DNA of 54,380 nt, filler included, from Catajapyx aquilonaris (taxonomy: Eukaryota): the NCBI GenBank assembly GCA_000934665.2. It is 3 parts of 3 records of this genome, joined end to end, with 100 filler letters (N's around TTAATTAATTAA, not from the genome) between each part and the next. Parts side by side here need not be neighbours in the genome. Positions count along the whole stretch, not along the records: positions 1 to 14,360 come from JYFJ02007805.1; positions 14,461 to 28,834 come from JYFJ02007806.1; 1 more part is not named here. One strand, given 5' to 3'. Positions 11,600-21,348 of this stretch are shown here, piece by piece. Position 1 is the stretch's first letter. Each line of letters starts with the position of its first letter. The position numbers were made by a program, and so were the translations under genes. The notes beneath the pieces are model-generated. The model ran no database searches. It was not told the DNA's origin and saw only the letters and a program-made list of their open reading frames with translations.

Positions 11600-11837
11600 A
11601 TGAAGACTTCAGCATGTTTCATCTCGGCAATTCTGCTGCTGTTCTGGTGCGGAGAAAAAGAGACTGCACTTGCCTCGTATTGGAATCAACCACAAGCATC
11701 TACTGAAGGGAATCCTCTCCATTCAGGAGCAGTAATACAGGTGGACCAAGAAACTCTCGCCGTAGCAATCAATTCCATACTGCAAACCCAGGTACCCATC
11801 CTGATCCAAGCTTTCGAAGACAGACTCCTCGATGCCA
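11600..11837 (+). CDS. First coding exon of an unidentified secreted protein; rest of the gene not seen before the spacer
   Basis: ATG followed by a signal-peptide-like MKTSACFISAILLLFWCGEKETALA, then an amphipathic helix (ETLAVAINSILQTQVPILIQAFEDRLLDA), ending at a strong phase-1 donor A|gtgagt (11838). Confidence 0.6.
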
Positions 11838-11885
11838 GTGAGTTACATTTTCTGGGTGCTCTGTACTAGAAAAACCTATTCACCA

Positions 11886-12761
11886 TCTTCTCTATCTCTA
11901 TAAATAAGGAGAGTTTGTTTGTTTGTCCCTTATAGAAATCCAGGGGAAGGCCCCTACACCGCCTTAAATTAGCATATCGGGGGTTACATTTTTCAAGGAA
12001 TCTAACGCCGTATGTTTCAGCTTCCGAAAATGAACCTAACTCCCACAACACGCATATTCCCGAATCTTCTCACTGCTCAGGCCTTAACAATTAACTTACA
12101 TAACAATATATCAATTCGCATTCCCATGGAAATGCCCTTATGCAACTTCAATACCTAGCAGATTAAACCATCGCCAGTAAATTCAGCGCATGCACCAATT
12201 ACGCTAATAATTGGCCACCTCACGTGAGTTCGTATCGTATGGTCATTCCGGGATTTCGTGGGATTAGAAAGTAGACTTCCAGACAAAAATAAATACAATA
12301 AAATAATGCAGTATTTACTAATATTACTCCGTGTTGAAAAAATTTCTTCCACCATGCATCTGTATACGTCTGTATACGTACATTTCTACAGTTCTTCAAA
12401 GCAAACATATGGAACGAGATGGAGGTGTGAAGTGGGGTTGGGAGGTCAAGGGGTCAAAAATGGAGGGGGAAAAAACACACGGCTGTGCAGTCTTTTCCTG
12501 GGCCAACTCCATCCGCAATCCTCTTTTTACACATCCAATCAGAATATCTGTGTCGACTACACTATAAGACAAGCAGGTAATCTATCACAGGGAGTGACAA
12601 ACTTATTGCAACTTATAAGGCCTATTTTAAGACATATCGAGTTTCGAGTGTACGGAAGGGAAATTTTTACAAACAAACACACTTCCTAAAATAGTGTATA
12701 TATGTACCCCTACCTTTACCAGCACCCCAACATACCCGGGCAACGCCGGGTAACCTGCTAG
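11886..12761 (+). mobile_element. Non-autonomous Helitron, copy 1
   Basis: 5' A|TC start followed by tctata...gagag(tttg)3; 3' hairpin acccgg-gcaacg-ccgggt (12734-12751) then CTAG|T; no TSD; colinear with copy 2. The 5' edge is uncertain by a few nt. Confidence 0.8.
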
Positions 12762-14258
12762 TCTTCTTCCTCTTAATCTATAAATGAGGAGAGTTTGTTT
12801 GTTTGTCCCTTATAGAAATCCAGGGGAAAGCCCCTACACCGCCTTAAATTAGCATATCGGGGGTTACATTTTTCAAGGAATTTAATGCCGCATGTTTCAG
12901 CTTCCGAAAATGAACCTAACTCCCACAACACGCATATTCCCGAATCTTCTCTCTTCTCAGGCCTTAACAATTAACTTACATAAACATCAAATATAACAAT
13001 AAGTTATATCGATTCACATTCCCATGGAAATGCCCTTATGCAATAATACCGCCTAGAAAATTAAAGCATTGCCGTAAATTCAACGCATCCACCAATTACG
13101 CTAATTGGCCACCTCACGTGAGTTCGTATCGTATGGTCATTCCGGGATTTTGTGGGATTTGCAACTATAGACTTCCAGACAAAAATAAGTACAATAAAAT
13201 ATCAGTAAAACTTCCATAAGTCGAACTAATTTATAAGTCGAACTAATTTATAAGTCGAAGAAAATGATGAGCTTGGTTGGTCACAATGTAAAAGAATAGG
13301 AAATAAACTTCCCTAACTCGAATTTCTATAACTCGAAGTTCTCCATAACTCGAAGTAGGCAGGGTCTCACGATGGGATATCAATGCATTTTCAGTCTCCC
13401 TAAGTCCAAGTTCATGTTGGCGAGTATACGGTATTCTCATTTCCCAGCCGAAGGGTAGTGAGTAGGCCACATGTACAGAAAGGCTCAATTTCCTGATCTC
13501 CGTCTACCAGACGTAGCCAAAGAAGTGTTTGACTCTGTTGAGACAATTGAATCCTTGAATTTAAGAGTAGCCAAATGTCTATAACTGAGATTTTTTTTTA
13601 CAACAAAACAATGAGAAACATTGTAAGTGTGATAGTGACAGTTATTTTTAAGTTTTGAACACCTTTCGTCGCTGGATATAAAGGTAGGCTTCCTTATAGA
13701 GTTAGGTGCTTAAATAATTCCAAACTTCTCTAACTCGAATCTTCAATAACTCGAAGTTTTTTTCAGGTCCCATGGAGATTCGACTTATGGAAGTTTTACT
13801 GTAATACAGTATTTACAAATATTACTACTAACTACGTGTTGAAAACAAAATTTCCCACCATGCGTCTGTACATACATTTCTAAATTTCTTCAGAGCAAAC
13901 ATATGGAACGAGATGGGGGTGTGAAGTGGAGTTGGGGGATCAAGGGGTCAAAAATGCAGGGGGGAAAACACACGGCTGTGCAGTCTTTTCCTGGGCCAAC
14001 TCCATCCGCAATCCTCTTTTTACACATCCAATCAGAATATCTGTGTCGACTACACTATAAGACAAGCAGGTAATCTATCACAGAGAGTGACAAACTTTGG
14101 CTTATTGCAACTTATAAGGCCCATTTTAAGACATATCAAGCTTCGAGTGTATTGAAGGGAAATTCTTACAAACAAATGCACTTCCTAAAATACTGTATAT
14201 GTACCCCTACCTTTACCAGCACCCCAACATACCCGGGCAACGCCGGGTAACCTGCTAG
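12762..14258 (+). mobile_element. Non-autonomous Helitron, copy 2, head-to-tail with copy 1 and interrupted by a MITE
   Basis: Same sequence as 11886-12761 with scattered substitutions and indels; identical 3' hairpin and CTAG|T at 14255-14259. Confidence 0.8.
13203..13801. mobile_element. Tc1/mariner-pogo-type MITE nested in Helitron copy 2
   Basis: Perfect 23-bp TIRs cagtaaaacttccataagtcgaa / ttcgacttatggaagttttactg. TA lies on both sides (one extra T on the left), and Helitron copy 1 shows the empty site aaaaTAatgcagt. Subterminal taa(c/g)tcgaa repeats. Confidence 0.9.
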
Positions 14259-14360
14259 TCGTATGGGTCATTCCATGTCAATTCACCGAGCCCCCTGACC
14301 CTTGGGTTGTCAGATTTTGACGAAAATCGGCGAATCGCTTTAATTACGTCTTTCAAAAAT

Positions 14361-14460
14361 NNNNNNNNNNNNNNNNNNNNNNNNNNNNNNNNNNNNNNNN
14401 NNNNTTAATTAATTAANNNNNNNNNNNNNNNNNNNNNNNNNNNNNNNNNNNNNNNNNNNN
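14361..14460. other. Artificial contig spacer (44N + TTAATTAATTAA + 44N)
   Basis: Exactly 100 nt with a six-frame stop 12-mer in the centre; identical structure at 28835-28934. Confidence 0.97.
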
Positions 14461-14605
14461 CCACACAGCCACGCTATGCTGCAACGAGAGTGTGAGTGTT
14501 GGAAGGGTCTAGCCTATTTACCAGATGCACTTCAAAGAGAAATAAATGTGAAATGAGTGATGAAGTAACAGCGAGAAAGGTCCATAGCGATAAAAAGAAA
14601 CGACG

Positions 14606-14680
14606 TCTTCCATTCAGGATTCGATCCTTCAACCTTCAGGTTACGAAGAGAGAGTCTTAACCACTAGACCACTGCGCTAC
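14606..14680 (-). mobile_element. Degenerate tRNA-like (Pol III A/B box) segment, likely part of a repeat
   Basis: Minus strand reads ...agtggtctagtggttaagac...cgtaacctgaaggttgaaggatcgaatcct..., with A-box and B-box at tRNA spacing but no intact cloverleaf. Confidence 0.5.
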
Positions 14681-16966
14681 TTCGATAGTGACACTCTCTC
14701 CAGCATGTACTTATTGCAAAGAAAGGGCGCCACAAAATTCAACAATCACCATAAAATGTTTGATTTAGGTTACATTTTTTAGCCTTATTAGTTAGTGTGT
14801 TAATAAGTAAAAAATTTGTGTTTCAGTTATATCAAGTAAAAAAGGTATATTCATTATACACTATGTTATCAGAAACCATTATTTTCGCGACTTTCCCAGT
14901 TTTCCCCGCCACTTCTTCCACCCTTTTCTCCCAGTCTCACAGTCTGATATCTTTTCTCCGACTGAACCTGCGTTACTGAGCTAGTCAGGGTGTGACCCGA
15001 GGTCATGGGTCACACAATGTATTGTACTGTATAAAACATATACGATATACCTACCAGCTGTGTCCTTCTTTCTGAAGATTTGGAAATGGCCACCCTATAC
15101 CTGCTACAGAAGGCCTAAAAGGGACATGTCCACTAGAAGAAAATAATAGATTCCCACACATGAAGAGCATCGACTCTCACACTCGTCAAAAACAAACAAA
15201 TAATGATGAGAAACTGCGCATGTTCCCAAATTATTCTGTCTGCAGTGTTACGCCACCCCCATCATCACAGGATGTTACTCTCGAACTGATACTTCAAGGG
15301 GTACTCTCTGAAAAGCAACGTGTATCCATGGTATACAGAGTTGCGATTTTTTTTTTAAATGCACATTGTGTACTGCATTATGTACATTAGTTAGTACAAT
15401 GCAGTACACAATTTGCTGTGTATACCATGCATACACATTGTTTTTAGGGCGCTTAAAACTTGTCATAAATAAAATCCTGCTCTATTGAAAAAATACTTGT
15501 GGATCGCTGCGAGAGCCAATAATAAATTGATATGAAGAAATTAATATGAAGAAAAGATAACTAACTCTGCTCGAGTATATGTGCAGGAAGCGCTCACCTA
15601 CAATCCTGTAGTCTTGACGAGTACAAAATGAAGGATTAAAAATTGTCAAAAAAATATCTAAAAATATGAACGTGGATCAGTTAAAAGAAAACATAATAAC
15701 TGAATAATGCCGACTGTTTGAAACATTTATTATGCACATTTATTGGGAGGTTCCTGGTTACAATTAAGCATTGCGAATGGTCCAACGAGATTGATAGTAC
15801 CTGATGCAGTTGTGAACTGGGTTGTCTGAAAATCAGGTATGACACACATTATCTAGATTCAATTTTTTTGCCATTATTAGCTCCATATTAGCCACTAGAC
15901 CAATGCAACACATGACAAATATCTACTGCATATGCGGGTAATTAGCTAGTACTGTAATACAGGCCAATGTTTAACTCGAACGAATACTCGAGTAACGGAT
16001 TTTAATGTTTAGATGCAATGACATGCTATAAAATTGAAGCCTTTTTATTCTAAATTTCCTTAATACTAATATACTGTACTTGCCTCCCTGAAGACCTGGC
16101 ACGCGAAGACCTGGCACACCGAAATTACTCGTAATTGACCTGGAATCTCAACGAGGAAGAATTGATGGAGGGATACTGAATTAAGGTTCTTTATTAGCAA
16201 GCTTGTTTTTGTTTTTTCCGATCCACAGATACGGGCACAACGCGAATTATATGAAAAAGTTAATCTGTTTAATCGTACATACGTATAGATGTAGATTCTG
16301 CTAGGTATGACGGTGATGACGGTGCTTCAATATTCCTTCAAGCGTTCCTCTCTGCATTTCTTGCTCCTCCTCCTCCAGGCGGTTTATGTGAACAGGAGCT
16401 CTGTCCTGCATCTGGGGAAGAGAACAGATAGTTGTGAAACTATTGGTCATCACTCACTTTATAGAGACAGAGACATGGGGTCGTCTCTGGCTTCGTCTCG
16501 GGTGGTATATCCACAGACTAAACCACCCGGGGGAGTTCACAAAACGACCAAGCACCGTTACCGCACTGCACTTGCACATCCCCTCCTGTCATCCTGCCCG
16601 TGGGCCCGGGCTTTCATGAAATAGGCACCATGTACTTAACATCTCAAAATACAATAAAGGTCCATGCTATATACCCCGGTAGGGGTGAAAGCATTACCCA
16701 CAAATTATTATTATTATTATTATTATTAGAGACAGAGACATTAAATAGGACATTTGAAATCGTAGATTCGGTTATGCTGAAGTAAAAAAGGCGCATTTAT
16801 TAGTATAATTTAGTGTGTATTGTACACAGCCTATGCAGAACATCTATGCCCTTCTTTTGGAGATTTGGACATGGTGTCACCCTACATAAAATTATGTTCA
16901 ATATTATGTGTTATGAACATGTTCATATAGGTCTCCTCGTAATGAAGCAATAACATCCTACGAAGT

Positions 16967-17038
16967 GGGGGTGTATCTCAGTGGTAGAGCGTTCGCTTTG
17001 CATGTGAAAGGTCCCGGGTTCGATCCCCGGCACCATTT
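16967..17038 (+). pseudogene. tRNA-Ala(UGC) pseudogene or tRNA-derived SINE head
   Basis: GGGGGTG TA TCTC AGTGGTA GAGC G TTCGC TT TGC AT GTGAA AGGTC CCGGG TTCGATC CCCGG CACCATT T. Anticodon and T arms are intact, but the D stem has a T10:C25 mismatch and the acceptor 3' strand is corrupted (G3:A70 instead of G3:U70), running into T6. Confidence 0.8.
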
Positions 17039-17115
17039 TTTAAGCCCCTTGGGATTGGAAGCACGACACGAGCGGGAAAAGCTCCCGAAGTTAGAGGCAT
17101 ATTTGTTTATTGTCT

Positions 17116-17400
17116 GGGAGCACCAGGGAGCACCAGGGAGTACCAAGGAGTACCTAAGGAGTACCGAAGAGTACCACTGCAGGTGTACACCGGAGTACCG
17201 AAGTGAGTAGGGCCTACCCCCTTGGGGTAATCACTCGACTGAAAAGTGTACACAGGAGTACCCAATTCAAGGAGTACCGAGGAGTACCGAGGAGTACCTG
17301 GGAGTACCGAGGAGTACCTGGGAGTACCGAGGAGTACCTGGGAGTACCAAAGGAGTACCGAAGAGTACCACTGCAGGTGTACACCGGAGTACCGAAGTGA
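17116..17400 (+). repeat. 10-bp minisatellite (GGAGTACCGA variants) containing a duplicated 51-bp block
   Basis: Many ggagtacc(ga/tg/aa) units; 17156-17206 is identical to 17350-17400. Confidence 0.9.
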
Positions 17401-18836
17401 TTACCCCCCTGGTGAGTACTCGTCACCCACCACTATGTCCAGTGTCACCAGCTGCATCAGTATGAATAAGCCGAGAGAACTAACGTGGTCTCGGTACAAG
17501 AAGGGGGCGTGACGACCCAACTCGACCCGATCCTTCAGGAGAGTCAGCCCAAGGGTCACGGATGCCCCCATTCCTGGCCGCAGATGATTTTCCACTAATT
17601 TCACCCCATAGCTCGTGTGAAAGAATGGTCATTTCCCGAGATACCCTGGCTCCCAGACTAAATAGGCATTTTTCATCTTGGTTGACCTCGTGGCAGGGTG
17701 CCAACGTGACATTTTTAGACCAGGTCAGGTCAAGCTTGTAAAATGTGGCGTGTGGTCTCTTTATTATAATAGCTTCCTCTCTCTATAGACTTCCCCTCTC
17801 CTTCTAATGGATAAAGTGCGTGACAAAGAGGATGTGGCACTCATGCAGGTCATGTGTGGTTACAGTGGGATACTCACTTGGGTTAATTGGTTCATCCGGG
17901 ACTCGAGCATCCGTCTTCAGTTCCACAATCAAGAAGAAGGAGACGGCCACGATAATCGTCTCCAGGTCAAGCAGAGAGGAAAGTTCTTCGTCATGGTTGT
18001 TCAAAAGGTTCAGAGGATGGTGGGTGAAGGGTTATTCGTTTCAGAGCAAGTCGATTGTTTCGGGAGAGGTGTTGAGGCACGTCCGATCAGACCAGACTCG
18101 ACAGATGCAGTGAGTGAGGGCATTGAAGGTGGGGCACGTTACTTGGCTGAGAGAGGGAGCGTTGGGGAATCACATATGCAACCAGGCCTTCTATTAAACA
18201 AAAGAAATCTGCAGATGCTCGAAACAGATGTGTGCTGATGCACTTCTTCTATTCATCTCTTTCTTTACACGAATTAATTCAAGAATAATTCCGATCCCTT
18301 CATTTACTGGAAATGGAATTGCAAGGGATACTATTTTACTCATGTTCTGTTGTGATGCAAATTCGATAGATGATCATCTGTGAAGTGCAGGGTGTGCCAT
18401 CAGACGACATTGCACATAAATCGCCCAAGGTGGCCCAATACCACAGCATCCGAGTGGGGGACGAAGGACCACTTCCATCACAGTCATCTGGGGCTCAGCA
18501 TCTTCAGGAGGACAATGAGATGATTATCCAGACAAATTGGGTGACTCCCACTATAGACCATAGACTTGTATTGCTGCGAGTATTGCTATGTACTTGATCG
18601 GTGAGGTCCCCCTCTCATTAACAAAATATATTATATAATAAGGCCCCTTAATTTTCCCTAATTTTCCCTGCACTAATTGGCCCAAAACAAGTCGTAAATG
18701 TAGGGAGGAGAAATGTCGAGGCAGTAACCGGTAACGAGATAGACGATGGTCAAGATGAGGTCGCCCCTAAGACAATCATTACCACCTGGCGAATGTTTTA
18801 GATTCTCGTCGAGACGTGGCCGTAGAGAAACAATAC

Positions 18837-18913
18837 CTTATCTGTATGCCATGTTGATGCCATTATGTGATAAGGCTTACATATCAACCTTGAGCACTTA
18901 TCGCCTCATAAAA
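18837..18913 (+). promoter_or_regulatory. GATA-site triplet and TATA-like element upstream of the UGT
   Basis: cttatc 18837-18842, tgataa 18868-18873, cttatc 18897-18902, cataaaa 18907-18913; ATG at 18967. Confidence 0.4.
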
Positions 18914-18966
18914 TAATATACTCCTAGAGGCAAGTGATGAACAGATCTGGGTCAACCGTTCACACC

Positions 18967-20666
18967 ATGAAGTGTCGTATCATCCCTTTCGCTTTAATTG
19001 CCTTGCACCTTCTGCTGGGAGTCCAGTCATCAGACATCCTGATGGTCATGTACTTCGCATCCAAGAGTCACAAGAATGTGTTCGAGCCCCTGGCCCAGGG
19101 TCTGGCTGAGAGTGGTCACAACGTGACTCTGGTGACGCCGTTCCCCAAGACTCGCAACATCACAGGAGTTCGTGAAGTGAATCCAAGTGTGGTGGTGACA
19201 ACATTGCCAGTGTCTTTGAAACGCTTTCAAAAACCAGAGTCTATCAACAAGATTGAAGCAATGCTCGACTTTTTCGATGCCACCACTGAAATGTGCGACG
19301 CCTTTCTGGCCAGTACCGAGACCGAAGACCTGATGAAGTCCATCTACGATTTGGTGCTAATTGACGGATTGCAAAACGACTGTGCGGTGGGTATGGCGTA
19401 TCGGATGCAAGTGCCGTTCGGATACCTGCACACCAGTGCATTCCTAGGGTGGCACTCGGTACCCACCAGACTTCCCCTGCCGTCTTCTGTAATGCCAAAC
19501 GAATATGTAGGGTTCACATCCACAATGACATTCTGGGAACGACTGCTGAACTTTGTCCTGCATAACCTTGGCGTCGGATTAAGACACTTGTATTCATTCC
19601 CAAAAGAGGATGCTCTGATGAGGCGTCGCTTCGGAGACGACCTACCGTCGATCGAGTACATGGAACGGGAGGTGAGTCTGATCATGAGCAATCAGCACTT
19701 CTCTCTGGAGTACCCTCGGGCGTGGCTGCCAGGGATGATCGAGGTGGGAGGGATGCACTGTCGTCCGGCCCAGAAGTTGCCTGAATCCTTGCTGGACTTT
19801 GTGGAAGGGTCGTCGGAAGGGTTCCTCTACTTCAGCTTGGGGACAGTGGTGCTGGGCAGTCAGATGGACCCCCGACTGAGAGACGCCTTCCTCGACGCCT
19901 TCTCTCGGCTCAGGGTGAGGGTCCTGTGGAAGTGGGAGACCGAGGTCATGGATGGGGTCACTGTGCCCAAGAATGTCAAGCTCAGCAAGTGGCTTCCTCA
20001 GCAGGACGTTTTAGGTATGCTATATCCAATATTGCATTGCATTGGTATAGTTCGGTGGTATTCTCGAGGCGATAAATTCCCCCAACTGTGCAGGACACCC
20101 GAAGTGTCGGTTGTTCATCACCCATGGAGGGCTTTTGGGGCAGCAAGAGGCCATTTACCACGGGGTGCCGATGCTGGTGATCCCCTTCTTCGGTGATCAG
20201 TTTGGAAATGCAGCACGTGCCGTACGGGACGGATATGCTCTCAGAATAGACTTGGGACAAGTGACCTCTGACACCCTTCATCAAGCCATTACTAGTGGTC
20301 TCAAAGAGCTCTCACAGTTAAGTTCGTTAATTACTTTTTCAGAGCTTAACATTTAAAAGTGTAGGCTGGTTATCTCTAACAAAACCCATTCTTAGATTTC
20401 GTCAGAGAATGATGCAGTTGTCCAGCATATACCACGACCAGCCGGAGACCCCGTTGGAAAGAGCCATATTCTGGACCGAATATGTGATCCGGCACAAAGG
20501 GGCAGGACACATGCGATCCTCAGCCAGGAACATGCCTCTGTACCAAGTGTATCTAGTCGACGTCATCGCCTTCATTGTACTCGCTCTCATCGTGGTCTCG
20601 GTCACTTTGGTGATCGCGGTCCGCACACTCCTCAGGATGGCTTTTGGCATTCGGCACAAAAAGTAG
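18967..20666 (+). CDS. UDP-glycosyltransferase (animal UGT, GT1 family), 3 exons (18967-20014, 20094-20316, 20396-20666), 513 aa
   Basis: Signal peptide; catalytic His in SKSH; GHNVT; MTFWERLLN; VGGMHC; YFSLGT; UGT signature WLPQQDVLGHPKCRLFITHGG...EAIYHGVP...PFFGDQ; AIFWTEYVIRHKGA; C-terminal TM helix and basic tail RHKK. Confidence 0.96.
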
Positions 20667-21348
20667 ATAGACTAGACTAGACCAGACATTTTGAAATTGT
20701 AACAGCGATGCATATAAAGCTCTGTAAAAAAATAGTTGTCCTGCACCAGGCGCAGCAAGCTGTGTGTGATAATACTGTATACAATCAAGTGGAGGAAGTA
20801 GGTTGAATTACTGCTCAGCGAGACTGATAGGTTAATCCGAGGAGCATATTGCAAGTGAAAAGAGTAGTAGTGTCCTTGCCACGATCAAACCGTCCTCCTC
20901 AGGTACAGAAAGTGTTACAGTGTGTGTTCCGTTTGTGCACCTACAGTATTTGTAACTATAGCGAATACTATACTCGATACTGCACATTTAACAGTACAAA
21001 TAAGTATCTTGAAGCCTGTCTCCACATAATCGGCGCTGTACAGTACGTATTTTTTAAAATTGAAATAGTAGCTGCTGTCAATCCCAAATATTGGTCCTAA
21101 GAGAATTATTAAATATTCTCGGGAAAAACTTATAATAGCAGCCCACCAAAGTGTCAATAAATTATTGCTCTTAAAGTGAATCTTTGAGCGTGTCCATTCA
21201 ATGTTTTTGATAAGTTATTTACCTGCGTCTAATGTTCGCCATTAATGTTCTGAAATGCAATAACCAATTTATGTCTATAAATGATACTAGTATATAGGAA
21301 GTTGTGGTACAACCCTTGGCTTAAACATCGGCAGGCCTCTCAAGAACC

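Noticed and set aside
14361..14460. TTAATTAATTAA palindrome within N runs (also 28835-28934)
   Set aside because: Artificial six-frame-stop spacer. It is not biological, and linkage between the three pieces is unproven.
16967..17038. Functional tRNA-Ala gene
   Set aside because: Broken acceptor stem (no G3:U70) and a D-stem mismatch; reported as a pseudogene.
17116..17400. Repeat array resembling a CRISPR or a repetitive protein ORF
   Set aside because: Units are tandem 10-mers with no unique spacers, there are no cas genes and the context is eukaryotic. The open frames are a by-product of the repeat.
18934..20196. 420-aa UGT ORF read as a truncated or frameshifted enzyme
   Set aside because: It reads through intron 20015-20093. 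Splicing restores a full 513-aa UGT.
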